A DNA stretch of 64,000 nucleotides from a virus (IMGVR_UViG_3300036985_009306:32001-96000), one strand, 5' to 3'; shown: positions 1 to 9,854, counted from the first letter of the stretch. Notes: a model not told the origin generated them from the sequence alone. Program-made: numbers and translations.

Positions 1-657
1 GCTGTGAGAAGAAATTCATGGTTGTTAGATCAAGCAGGAGAGAGAACACTTCTTTATATTAAGAAGAAAGCCGGAAAAACATGTCATTGTGTCTATAGAG
101 ATTTAAAAGAAAGAACTCATAGAAGACCTGATCAGGATTGTGAGACATGTTTTGGATCTGGATTTGATGGAGGATTTGATGGGCCTTTTCCAATAAGAAT
201 TGGGCCTTTGACTACAGAGCAAAGAATACAGCAAACTGATAGAGGTTTGAAGTTGATGTATCAAATTGAAACTTGGATGGGACCAGCACCTGTAGTTTCA
301 CAGAGGGACATGATTGTTAGAAGAAATGGAGATAGATGTTTAGTTGGTCCCATAACGCCTGTAGAGGGTCCAGGTGGAGTGATGACCCAACAACATTTTG
401 TAATAGAAATTCTTGATAATACAGATATTAGATATAAATTTGGTGTTCTTCCTCTTCCAGACAAGTATCATTCCATAGGGATTAATAAGAATTCGACTTA
501 TGTATTAGACGGAAAAGATCTTAATGTTTCAAAGATTGATAGTCCTAAAGAAAGAGAAGAACTTTTTACAAGTGAAGATAAGGTTTCTCATGAGAATGAG
601 AATGTCGATCATATAGTTAAGGGAAGATCGATATCGTTTGAAAATATAAATTTTTAG
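1..657 (+). CDS. Head-completion/neck protein with CxC...CxxC cluster (5' partial; frame is open at base 1)
   Basis: KTCHC...DCETCFGSGFDGGF motif resembles the Cys-cluster neck proteins found upstream of tail genes in large myophages. Codon 1-3 (GCT) is in frame, so the gene starts before the window. Confidence 0.55.
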   Translation, partial: AVRRNSWLLDQAGERTLLYIKKKAGKTCHCVYRDLKERTHRRPDQDCETCFGSGFDGGFDGPFPIRIGPLTTEQRIQQTDRGLKLMYQIETWMGPAPVVSQRDMIVRRNGDRCLVGPITPVEGPGGVMTQQHFVIEILDNTDIRYKFGVLPLPDKYHSIGINKNSTYVLDGKDLNVSKIDSPKEREELFTSEDKVSHENENVDHIVKGRSISFENINF

Positions 658-659
658 TT

Positions 660-790
660 ATGATTCCTAAAATATTACATCAAATATGGGTTGTGAAAAA
701 CAGATATCTGATTATTATATAGATATAAACAAACTTGGTTAAATTTGCATCCAGAATGGGAATAGTTAGTTTGAATCAGACATTGATGAA
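660..790 (+). pseudogene. Decayed DXD/GT32-type (OCH1/capsular polysaccharide synthesis-like) glycosyltransferase 5' fragment
   Basis: ATG at 660 reads MIPKILHQIWV, a hallmark GT32 N-terminus. A frameshifted continuation gives EKQISDYYIDI, then another frame gives KQTWLNLHPEWE followed by TAG at 763. Confidence 0.7.
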
Positions 791-900
791 TCAATTGTTA
801 AAAACTTGATGAAGTTTTACACAGTTTTTATTAAGTGGTAAGATTATAGCGTGTCATCAAGTGTGTCTCAAAGTATAGTAAATTTTATTAAGGAGAAAAA

Positions 901-1629
901 ATGCATATACTTTCTCAACCTAAATCACAGTATGTTAGAGATGGAGCTGCTTTGCAGTTGTTCATTAATATTGGAGGGGGTTCTGGTTCTTATACTTATC
1001 AATGGAAAATTAATGCTGTAGATATTCTGAACGCAACAGCAAATGTTTATGTTATAGAAAATTTTTCAATTCAAAATGTAGGAACATATACAGTTGTTGT
1101 GACAGATACTGTAACATCAGATACAGTTACAAGTTCTGCTGCAGTAATGCAATTAGCGCTTCCATTTTCATCAGAACAAAGTAATCTTATTAATTTTGAC
1201 AATCTTTCTGCTTCTAAGAGTAATTCTACAATAACTATACCAATGTCAAGTAGTTTGAATAACGACATGATTGCTCTTACAAATCAAAGAAGAGCAAATT
1301 TGAAAGCAAATGTTGAAAAACCTTTATTGGAAGCTGCAAAACAACCCATAACAGGTCCTGAGAAAATTAATGGAGGTGCATATTTTGATCCTCAGAGTGT
1401 TTTCCCTACATCTACTTTTAAACAAACTTTAAGACCTGTTTTTGCTCATGCTGTAGATTCTGCAAGCAAATTGAGTGATCCATTAGATTTGGCAACACAA
1501 GATAACTATGTTTATAAAGTTGATGAAGTAAATTATCAAAAATGTTATTATACTGATAATACTTGGAGAGATTCTAAGGGAAGAATTAACTTGTTTGAGA
1601 AACCGTATACTCGTATTTCATTGAGGTAA
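901..1629 (+). CDS. Protein with N-terminal Ig-like (I-set type) domain, probable virion protein
   Basis: SQPKSQYV...YTYQWK...NATANVYVIENFSIQNVGTYTVVVTD...TSSAAVMQL matches the Ig I-set pattern. AAGGAG SD upstream. Confidence 0.65.
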   Translation: MHILSQPKSQYVRDGAALQLFINIGGGSGSYTYQWKINAVDILNATANVYVIENFSIQNVGTYTVVVTDTVTSDTVTSSAAVMQLALPFSSEQSNLINFDNLSASKSNSTITIPMSSSLNNDMIALTNQRRANLKANVEKPLLEAAKQPITGPEKINGGAYFDPQSVFPTSTFKQTLRPVFAHAVDSASKLSDPLDLATQDNYVYKVDEVNYQKCYYTDNTWRDSKGRINLFEKPYTRISLR

Positions 1630-1630
1630 T

Positions 1631-1975
1631 ATGCAAAATCTTGTTATTGCCCCTACAGCTACATATAAGCGCTCAGGTACTAGATTAACAGTTGATGATA
1701 TTATAAAAGATTCACCTGATGCTGTAAGAATAAATCAAGTATTGAACAAGCCGGGTTTTTATCCAACAATACCTGCTGGTGGTGCTGTAAAAAATAGCAG
1801 AGGGGTTGGCACAAAACAGTATTTTGACATGAGACAAGTTCATAGTTTAAATAATTATAATAGAACTAAGGCTCTTCAGGTATTTGATTTAGATTATTTA
1901 TATGATGTGAGACCAATGTACAATATTTCATTGCCAGACATGAAGTTAAGAAAAAAAGATTTGGGTCAGATTTAA
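1631..1975 (+). CDS. Hypothetical protein
   Basis: 114-aa ORF abutting the previous stop codon; no recognised motif. Confidence 0.6.
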   Translation: MQNLVIAPTATYKRSGTRLTVDDIIKDSPDAVRINQVLNKPGFYPTIPAGGAVKNSRGVGTKQYFDMRQVHSLNNYNRTKALQVFDLDYLYDVRPMYNISLPDMKLRKKDLGQI

Positions 1976-2091
1976 AATTAAAAGAGATTAAGTTTTTATG
2001 TTCCTCAGATTATTTCTACATGTGTTCTTCTTATACAATTTTTTAGATATATACTTCTTGAATAATATATAAATACAAGAACAAATTATGG

Positions 2092-3150
2092 ATGAATATG
2101 AAAATTACAGTAAGCATTCCATTTTATGCACAAGATAGTGGTGGAATAATGAGACAAACAACTTTAGCCAAAAAGCTTAATAAATTGTGGACTGTAGAAG
2201 TTCCTAAATATTTAACTACAAGTGGTGGTGTCAATCAAATGTATGATGTAGCATGCAATTTGAAAAAGAAATATGATGTTCATTTGAGAATTCAAACTTT
2301 GAACCCAAAGTTAGATTATTCAAAAATAGATTTTGAAGTACCATATAGTGTAGGGCTGACAGATTCTACATTTCCTGAGTCTGACATTGTAATAACTTAT
2401 TCAGACAATCCTTATACAGATATTTTAACCAGTCTTCCTCAGGTAAAAAAAGTTTTGATTTATATGTTAAGTTATGGTATGTGTCTTGAACGAGAAAGGA
2501 AAAATGTTTTAAATCCTAAAGTTACTGTAATGAGCAGCACTATTAGAACTCAGAGATTAATTGAAAAAGAGGGTGTTAAATGTCATTATGTAGGTTTTGG
2601 ATTAGACATGAATTTTTTTTATGAAAATCCATCTATTAAAAGAGAGAGATATGCAGCTCTTTTATATCATTATTCACTTGATAAACAGTATGAGTTGGGA
2701 GTAAAAGTATGTGATAATTTGTACGAGCAAAATTTAATTAATGGAACTATTACTTTTGGAACATCAAAAGAGTATACAAATTTTAAACATCCAAAGTTGT
2801 TAATTAAGAATTATCTTGATGCAACACATGAACAAGTGAGAGAAGTTTTTAACAAATGTAGTGTTTTTGTTATGCCTTCAAGAACTGAAGGATTAAATTT
2901 GACACCAATAGAGTCAACTCTATGTGGTTGTCCAGCTGTTATTTGTGATGGTGCAATAGGTGATGTGTTTCTTGATGGTAAAACATGTCTTATTGCAGAA
3001 AAAGATAATTTTTCAGATATTTTAGAGAAGACAAAAGAATTGTTATCTAATTCGACTTATTCTGTTGTTTTTAAAAATAATATTCAATCTTTATTATCAA
3101 AATTTACTTGGGGAAATACAATTTCTAATATAGAAAGAGTTTTAAAATGA
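2092..3150 (+). CDS. Glycosyltransferase family 4 (GT-B, WsaF-like)
   Basis: N-terminal SGGVNQM and C-terminal FVMPSRTEGLNLTPIESTLCGCPAV (E-X7-E motif). Confidence 0.85.
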   Translation: MNMKITVSIPFYAQDSGGIMRQTTLAKKLNKLWTVEVPKYLTTSGGVNQMYDVACNLKKKYDVHLRIQTLNPKLDYSKIDFEVPYSVGLTDSTFPESDIVITYSDNPYTDILTSLPQVKKVLIYMLSYGMCLERERKNVLNPKVTVMSSTIRTQRLIEKEGVKCHYVGFGLDMNFFYENPSIKRERYAALLYHYSLDKQYELGVKVCDNLYEQNLINGTITFGTSKEYTNFKHPKLLIKNYLDATHEQVREVFNKCSVFVMPSRTEGLNLTPIESTLCGCPAVICDGAIGDVFLDGKTCLIAEKDNFSDILEKTKELLSNSTYSVVFKNNIQSLLSKFTWGNTISNIERVLK

Positions 3151-4568
3151 TAGATTTTATAGATATAGGGTGCGGTACAGGGGGTTCAATAGAGTGGGCT
3201 AAAACTAAATTTGGTGGTTCTACTCATCTTGGTATAGATAATAGAGAGAAAGAAGTTAAGGAAGCTACAAAAAATGGGTATAATGTTACACTTGCTGATA
3301 TTACAAGTGAAGATGTAGTTTTGCCACAATGTCGATATATTACAATGTTGCACGTTCTTGAGCATTTGAAGAATGAGGAAGATGTTGAAAAAGTAATTAA
3401 AAAAGCTGTCAATGCTGCAAGTGAATTTGTTATTATAAGATCGCCTTCTTTTGATTCCATAGAATATCTACAATTATTAGGTTTTAGACTTACTTGGACA
3501 AATTGGATCGGTCATCCAACAGCAGTGACAACAGACATGTTAAAAATGATTACAGATAAATTAGGATTTAAAGCAGAAACAGGACATTTGATGCCTGTAT
3601 TAAATTCTGTTTCAAATGAAATAGTTCCTATTTCTTCTCCAGTAGATACTATTGTTTATGATCCTTCTGTTCTGGAAGCAAAAAAGTTTGTTGAATTTGT
3701 TGATGTCTATAGAGAAGTTTATTATATCATAAATATAGGAACATCATTTTTAAAACAAATTAAAGAATCACTTAATAATTCATCTTCAGAGTATTATTTA
3801 GCTCCAAAAACAACATATTTATCTGCAGAATATTATATTGATTTGATAAAAAACAACATACCATTTTCTTTTGCAAGATATGGTGATGGTGAACTGATAA
3901 TAATGTTTAATTATAAATCAGTCATAGGTAGAGACATAGGAGATATGATAAAGTCTATAGAACCTATGAAACAAATTTTTAGAAATCATTATGATTATTT
4001 TCATTGTAAATTAAATTGTACATTTCATACACATTCATTAAAATGTTTCGGGGTTGATATAGACGAAGTATGCAAGTTTATGATTGAGACTTGTCCAGAT
4101 ATGCCATTTTATGATGGTGAAATTTGGCAAGGGCTTTCTTTTAGTGGAAAAATAGAACAATTAACAAGAGAATTAAATTTATATACACCGGTATTCATAG
4201 GCGGTAAACATTTATCTAACATTCAGTATCTTAATGGAATAACTAATATGGAATTAATTACAGTACATGATAGAAAAGCATGGGATGATTTTGAAAATAT
4301 TAAACAACAGATACGACAAAAGATAGAATCTGGTAGAAGAATGTTTTGTTTTTCTATGGGATATGCAGGAAAAATAATGATCGATGAACTTTATTCAGAA
4401 ACTAGAGGCAAATGTTTTATGATAGATTTTGGAAGTTTATGGGATCCATATTGTGGTGTTCTTTCACGAAATGGAATGAGAAATGTTGGGTTTCAAAAAT
4501 TTCAATCTTTTACTAAATATAAATTACCATTATCTGTTTCACTTGAAGATTATTTTAGTAGAACATAA
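3147..4568 (+). CDS. Fusion of class I SAM methyltransferase and GT-D-fold (DUF1792-like) domain
   Basis: N-terminal FIDIGCGTG and HVLEH; C-terminal half starts PFSFARYGDGEL, a GT-D signature. Confidence 0.7.
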   Translation: MIDFIDIGCGTGGSIEWAKTKFGGSTHLGIDNREKEVKEATKNGYNVTLADITSEDVVLPQCRYITMLHVLEHLKNEEDVEKVIKKAVNAASEFVIIRSPSFDSIEYLQLLGFRLTWTNWIGHPTAVTTDMLKMITDKLGFKAETGHLMPVLNSVSNEIVPISSPVDTIVYDPSVLEAKKFVEFVDVYREVYYIINIGTSFLKQIKESLNNSSSEYYLAPKTTYLSAEYYIDLIKNNIPFSFARYGDGELIIMFNYKSVIGRDIGDMIKSIEPMKQIFRNHYDYFHCKLNCTFHTHSLKCFGVDIDEVCKFMIETCPDMPFYDGEIWQGLSFSGKIEQLTRELNLYTPVFIGGKHLSNIQYLNGITNMELITVHDRKAWDDFENIKQQIRQKIESGRRMFCFSMGYAGKIMIDELYSETRGKCFMIDFGSLWDPYCGVLSRNGMRNVGFQKFQSFTKYKLPLSVSLEDYFSRT

Positions 4569-4583
4569 AAGGAAAAAAAGTAA

Positions 4584-5210
4584 ATGGCGAATGGAGTTTA
4601 TAAAATAACAGAAGATTTTGAAGAAGCATTATCTAAATATACTTGTTCTCCTTATGTAGTTGTGCTTGATAATATGAGTAATGCTTTATTTCTTTCATTG
4701 TATTATGAGAATATAAGAGGAAAAACCATAACTATTCCTAATAGAACTTATCCATCTGTTCCTTGTGAAATTATACATGCAGGAGGGAAAGTTAATTTTA
4801 GACATGTAGAAGGAAAAACTTTAAAAGGAGCATATTCATTGGAAGGGTCTAAAACTTGGGATAGTGCATTAAGATTCACATACAATATGTACATTCCAAA
4901 AACATTTATGTGTATAAGTTTTACAGGTCCTTATAAACATTTGAAACTTAGCAAGGGAGGTGCAATATTGACTGATGATTATATTGCATATTTATGGTTT
5001 AAAAGAGCTAGATATTCTGGCAGAAGAGAATGTTCATACCATGATGATAACTTAGATATGTTAGGATGGAACTTTTATATGATGCCTGAATTAGCTGCAA
5101 GAGGGTTGTTATTAATGAATCAGTTTTACTTAGGTGAAACACCTAAAGTTAATGAAGATCTTGAATTGCCATATCCAGATTTGTCTAAATTTGTTATCTA
5201 TCAACAATAG
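4584..5210 (+). CDS. Short DegT/DnrJ/EryC1/StrS-family PLP aminotransferase-like protein
   Basis: FEEALSKY...NALFLSL, WDSA, SFTGPYKHL (Schiff-base Lys), GGAILTDD, GWNFYM..LAARGL. Confidence 0.75.
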   Translation: MANGVYKITEDFEEALSKYTCSPYVVVLDNMSNALFLSLYYENIRGKTITIPNRTYPSVPCEIIHAGGKVNFRHVEGKTLKGAYSLEGSKTWDSALRFTYNMYIPKTFMCISFTGPYKHLKLSKGGAILTDDYIAYLWFKRARYSGRRECSYHDDNLDMLGWNFYMMPELAARGLLLMNQFYLGETPKVNEDLELPYPDLSKFVIYQQ

Positions 5211-5213
5211 CAT

Positions 5214-6488
5214 ATGAAAAATGTTTTAGTATTTCCTTGTGGTTCTGAAATTGGACTTGAAGTAAATCGTGCATTAACTAATTCAACACATTTTACTTTA
5301 TTTGGAGGAAATAGTGTCAATGATCACGGAAAATATGTTTATAGAAATTATATTGCAGATCTTCCTGACATTGAAGAAAAAAATTTTATAGAAGAAATTA
5401 ACAGAGTTATAGATGAATTCAAGATTGATTTTATTATACCTTCTCATGATTCTGTAATCTTAAAAATGGCTCAAAACCAACAAAATATCAAAGCAACAAT
5501 AATTACGTCATGTGTAGAAACATGTGAAGTTTGTAGATCAAAAGCAAAGACTTATAAATTATTTGAAAAAAATATTGAAACACCCAAAGTTTATTCTTTA
5601 AAAGAAGAAATCAAATTTCCTGTTTTTTTAAAACCTGATGTGGGACAAGGAACAAAAGGGACATATAAAGCAAATAAAAAAGAAGAAATAGATTTTTATT
5701 TAAAGAAAGATTCTACATTACTTATATTAGAATATTTATCTGGGAAAGAATATACAGTTGATTGTTTTACTAATAAAAATGGAAGATTATTATTTGCTAC
5801 TGGAAGAGAAAGAATAAGAATTAATAATGGTATAAGTGTAAATTCTAAAGAATTATTTGATAATAGGTTTCAAGAAATTGCAACAATTATAAATAATACA
5901 TTGTCTTTTCAAGGTTCTTGGTTTTATCAAGTTAAAGAAAGATCTACTGATGAGCTTGTTTTAATGGAAATTGCTCCCAGAATTGCTGGAACATCTGCAT
6001 TATTTAGAGTAAAAGGAGTCAATTTTGTACAATTAAGTTTGTTTGATAAGATGGGTGTTGATGTAAGTATTTTATGCAATAATTTTGATGCTGAAATAGA
6101 TCGTGCTTTATTTTCAAGATTTTCTTCAAATGTTTGTTATGATTATGTGTATATAGATTTTGATGATACGATTATTGTAAATAATTTAGTGAATACTGAC
6201 ATTATGAAATTTCTTTATCAATCTAAAAATAATGGGAAAAAAATAGTTTTACTTTCAAAGCATAAACAAGACATCAAACAGAGTCTAAGTAATTTTTCAA
6301 TCAGTGATTTATTATTTGATGAAATAATCATTTTGAAGGATGATGAGAATAAATATGAACATATTACTGAATTAAGCTCTATATTCATTGATGATTCATT
6401 TTCTGAAAGAAAAACAATATACGACAAATTTCATATACCAGTTTTTGGATTAGATAGTATTGAATTTTTATTGCTTTGGAAAGTTTGA
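5214..6488 (+). CDS. ATP-grasp protein with C-terminal HAD-like domain
   Basis: FPVFLKPDVGQG, EYLSGKEYTVD, MEIAPRIAG; C-terminal YIDFDDTII and IFIDDS. Confidence 0.8.
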   Translation: MKNVLVFPCGSEIGLEVNRALTNSTHFTLFGGNSVNDHGKYVYRNYIADLPDIEEKNFIEEINRVIDEFKIDFIIPSHDSVILKMAQNQQNIKATIITSCVETCEVCRSKAKTYKLFEKNIETPKVYSLKEEIKFPVFLKPDVGQGTKGTYKANKKEEIDFYLKKDSTLLILEYLSGKEYTVDCFTNKNGRLLFATGRERIRINNGISVNSKELFDNRFQEIATIINNTLSFQGSWFYQVKERSTDELVLMEIAPRIAGTSALFRVKGVNFVQLSLFDKMGVDVSILCNNFDAEIDRALFSRFSSNVCYDYVYIDFDDTIIVNNLVNTDIMKFLYQSKNNGKKIVLLSKHKQDIKQSLSNFSISDLLFDEIIILKDDENKYEHITELSSIFIDDSFSERKTIYDKFHIPVFGLDSIEFLLLWKV

Positions 6489-6493
6489 TTTAA

Positions 6494-7489
6494 ATGCAAG
6501 ATAAAAAACAAAAAAAATTCTATAAAGAATTGAGCAATATTGTACCTGTAAATCCTAAATCAATAAATTTAGAGTTAACTAATAACTGTAATTTAAGATG
6601 TATTTTTTGTCTTAATTCTTTGCATAACTTCAGAAAAAAAGGATTCATGAGTGATGAAATTTTTTACAAATTAATTAATGAAGCATCTGAGGATACAACT
6701 ATAATTATATGTGGAATAGGAGAACCAACTTTACATAATAAGTTTGATGAATATGTTACAAAATTATCTGATAAATTTAAAAACATATTTTTAGTTACCA
6801 ATGGTCACTTTGAGAACAAAAGAATAAGAACAATATTGAACTCAAATATAACAAAAGTGACTTTTTCATTAGATTTTTTTGATAAAGATGCTTATTGTTC
6901 TAATAAAAATGGCAAAATTGATAAGGTGATAAAAAATATTGAATCTTTGTTAAAATTGCGGGGTTCAAGGAACATGCCGATTTTGCAGATAAATATGTTA
7001 ATGGAAAAAGGAAAAGAAAAACAAATCAAAGATTGTTTATTGTATTTTAATGCTATTTTGGGAAAAGATGATTTTGTTTATAGCAGAAATGTTAAATCAC
7101 TTTCTGAACAAATAAAAGTTGAAACAATTGATAATTATGAAGATTGGTTAAGTCTTGAGAAAATTAAAAAGATAATTTCTAAAGATGTCAATACAGATAA
7201 GTATTTTGTAGAAAATTGGTGTAATTTTTTAGGTTTAGAAGAACCATTATCATCTAGGCAAGTATGTAGACATCCTTTTATTTATGCTATGGTATTATAT
7301 GACGGAAGAGTTGTTTTTTGTTGTATTGATTTTAATGCAAAGATGATAGCGGGTGATTTAAAGTTTGAAAGTTTGCAAGAAATATGGAATGGGAAAAAAT
7401 ATAATAATTTTAGATCGGATATGATTAATTTTAGATTTGATGCTCACCCATTATGTATAAATTGTACCGAATGGTATAAACAAAAATAA
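6494..7489 (+). CDS. Radical SAM/SPASM-twitch domain protein
   Basis: CNLRCIFC (CxxxCxxC), GIGEPTLH, C-terminal CRHPF...DGRVVFCC...CINC. Confidence 0.9.
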   Translation: MQDKKQKKFYKELSNIVPVNPKSINLELTNNCNLRCIFCLNSLHNFRKKGFMSDEIFYKLINEASEDTTIIICGIGEPTLHNKFDEYVTKLSDKFKNIFLVTNGHFENKRIRTILNSNITKVTFSLDFFDKDAYCSNKNGKIDKVIKNIESLLKLRGSRNMPILQINMLMEKGKEKQIKDCLLYFNAILGKDDFVYSRNVKSLSEQIKVETIDNYEDWLSLEKIKKIISKDVNTDKYFVENWCNFLGLEEPLSSRQVCRHPFIYAMVLYDGRVVFCCIDFNAKMIAGDLKFESLQEIWNGKKYNNFRSDMINFRFDAHPLCINCTEWYKQK

Positions 7490-7509
7490 TTATAACAGAA
7501 GGAATAAAA

Positions 7510-8256
7510 ATGCTTTGTGATGAGAAAAAATTTCTTGATAGTATGTATTCTACTTATAGACTTAAAATGTCTTCACAAAATAGGATAATTAGAGAATTAG
7601 TAATAAAAAACATCATGCCATATATTGAGATTGATAAGTTTGTAGGTTTGCAATTGGGATGTGCAGATGGATATGAGACTAAATTACTTGCTAAATTATT
7701 GAAACAATTAGATGTTCTTGAGGGTTCAACAAAATTTATTAATGATGTCCGAAAAAAAAATATATCAAAAGTTGATTTAATTTATTCATTATTTGAAGAA
7801 TTTCAAACACCAAAAGATAAAAAATATGATATTGTTTTTGCAACATTTGTGCTTGAACATGTTTTTGATCCAACTTTGTTGTTAAAAAAAATAAGAAATG
7901 TTCTTAATGAAAATGGTCTGCTTTATATTGTTGTTCCAAATGCTAGAGCATTATCACGACAATTGGCTCTTCATATGGGAATTTTAAAAAATTTATATGA
8001 GTTAACTCCAAATGATTTAGGACATGGACACAGACGTGTTTTTGATCGTAATTCTCTGAATAAATTATTAGAATCATGTAATTTTCAGACAATTGCTCAA
8101 AGTGGAATTATGTTAAAAATACTAGCTGATTTTCAAATGGATAAGCTTATTGATTCTAATATTCTTAAATCTGAACATATAAATGGGTTATATTCTCTTG
8201 GTTTAGAGCATCCTGATCTTTGTGGTGCAATTTACAGTATTTGTAAAAATGTTTGA
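7510..8256 (+). CDS. Class I SAM-dependent methyltransferase
   Basis: LQLGCADG, YDIVFATFVLEHVFDP, GLLYIVVPNA. Confidence 0.85.
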   Translation: MLCDEKKFLDSMYSTYRLKMSSQNRIIRELVIKNIMPYIEIDKFVGLQLGCADGYETKLLAKLLKQLDVLEGSTKFINDVRKKNISKVDLIYSLFEEFQTPKDKKYDIVFATFVLEHVFDPTLLLKKIRNVLNENGLLYIVVPNARALSRQLALHMGILKNLYELTPNDLGHGHRRVFDRNSLNKLLESCNFQTIAQSGIMLKILADFQMDKLIDSNILKSEHINGLYSLGLEHPDLCGAIYSICKNV

Positions 8257-9179
8257 ACTTTTTAAATTTTCTTGTCATGAGAGAAAAGCAAATGATAACA
8301 TTTAGTAATTTAGGAGCTTTTGGAAGATTAGGTAATCAATTGTTTCAATATGCGATATTATTATCAGTTGGTGCAGAAAATGATTATGAAGTAAAAATAC
8401 CGAAACTTGATGATAAAGAATGGCATGGACAAAAGTGTTTATTAAAAAATTTTAATATCAAAGCAAAGACATTAGATTGTAATGACGTAATAAAATATTT
8501 TTATAATGAATTAGAACGTTCAAAAGGTCTATATGATCCAACAGTAGGTCTATATGATCCAACAGTTTTTAATGTCCCTGACAATTCAGATTTATTTGGA
8601 TATTTTGGTGATTATCGATATTTAAAAAAACATGAAGATTTGATAATAAATGAGATGTCCCTTAAAGAGAATATTTTAGAAAAAAATAGAAAAAGGTTTT
8701 TTGAAATAAAACAAAAATATGCTGATTGTTTAATAATTTCACTTCATATAAGACGTGGTGATACTGCTTTAGATATGTATAGTAAAAAAGAAACTCTTGA
8801 AATACTTGACATTAATTCTCCTTGGCAAATATATTTCTCTAATGCAAGGAAGATGTTTGACAATAAAAAATGTAAATTTTTAGTTTTTACAGGAGGATCA
8901 CATTCTAACAATAATGAGCTTGATTATATATGGTGCAAGAGAAATTTGAAAGGTGATGAATTTATTTATTGTGATGATAATATTGATAATCCGATAGATG
9001 ATTTTGCTATGATGTACCTTTGTGACGCACATATTTTATCTGCATCATCAACATTAAGTTGGTGGGTTGGGTTTTTAGACAAAAAAAATGATAAGATTAC
9101 TATTGCACCTGAAAAATATTGGTTTTTAACAAAAGCAATGCATGAAGGATTTTATCCTGATAATTTTATTTTAGTATAA
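8253..9179 (+). CDS. Alpha-1,2-fucosyltransferase-like protein (GT11); the start may be the ATG at 8292
   Basis: GRLGNQLFQYA, LHIRRGD, STLSWWVGFL are GT11 motifs. Confidence 0.85.
   Translation: MNFLNFLVMREKQMITFSNLGAFGRLGNQLFQYAILLSVGAENDYEVKIPKLDDKEWHGQKCLLKNFNIKAKTLDCNDVIKYFYNELERSKGLYDPTVGLYDPTVFNVPDNSDLFGYFGDYRYLKKHEDLIINEMSLKENILEKNRKRFFEIKQKYADCLIISLHIRRGDTALDMYSKKETLEILDINSPWQIYFSNARKMFDNKKCKFLVFTGGSHSNNNELDYIWCKRNLKGDEFIYCDDNIDNPIDDFAMMYLCDAHILSASSTLSWWVGFLDKKNDKITIAPEKYWFLTKAMHEGFYPDNFILV
8525..8566 (+). repeat. Exact 21-bp tandem duplication (AGGTCTATATGATCCAACAGT x2) in the GT11 gene
   Basis: Read directly; encodes GLYDPTV-GLYDPTV in frame. Confidence 0.95.
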
Positions 9180-9182
9180 ATT

Positions 9183-9854
9183 ATGAAATTAGAAGACATA
9201 AGAATACATTGTATAGGAGATAGTCATGTTTCAGTTTTTACAGGAAAAGATACAATAAGCAAAGGTTGGCCTTGTCCACAAGATTCAATACAATATTTTC
9301 ATACTTATTGGCTTGGACCAGTATTAGCATATAATCTTTATTCTGTTGGACATCAATCAAGGTTGAATTTGTTTAATGTTTTAGAAAGTATTTCTAAAAG
9401 TGATTATGTGATGCTTTGTGCAGGAGAAATTGATTGTAGGATGCATTTGATTAGACAAAAAGAATTACAAAACAAATCATTAGAAGAAATTGTACAAGAA
9501 TGTGTATGTAGATATTTTCAAGTGATTTTAGAAATAAAAAATATGGGATTTAAAGTGATAATATGGGGAGTACCAGGTACAGCAAATATTGATTGTTTTG
9601 AATTAAAAGATAAAAATACTTTTCCTCATTATGGCACGTATAAGGAAAGAAATCAGGCTACAAAAATTTTTAATAACAAAATAGAATATTTATGTAAATT
9701 AAATGATGTTTTATTTTTATCTATTTTTGATGATCTAATTGATGACAATGGAAAAACTAAAATAACAGAATATTATATGGATGAGTTTCATGTAAGTCAG
9801 AAAGTAATGCCTTTGATAATTAGTAAACTTAAAAATGTTTTAAACAAAGAATGA
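9183..9854 (+). CDS. SGNH/GDSL hydrolase-family protein (acetylesterase/acyltransferase-like)
   Basis: IGDSHV block I, GEIDCR, and DEFHVS catalytic D-x-x-H. Confidence 0.75.
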   Translation: MKLEDIRIHCIGDSHVSVFTGKDTISKGWPCPQDSIQYFHTYWLGPVLAYNLYSVGHQSRLNLFNVLESISKSDYVMLCAGEIDCRMHLIRQKELQNKSLEEIVQECVCRYFQVILEIKNMGFKVIIWGVPGTANIDCFELKDKNTFPHYGTYKERNQATKIFNNKIEYLCKLNDVLFLSIFDDLIDDNGKTKITEYYMDEFHVSQKVMPLIISKLKNVLNKE

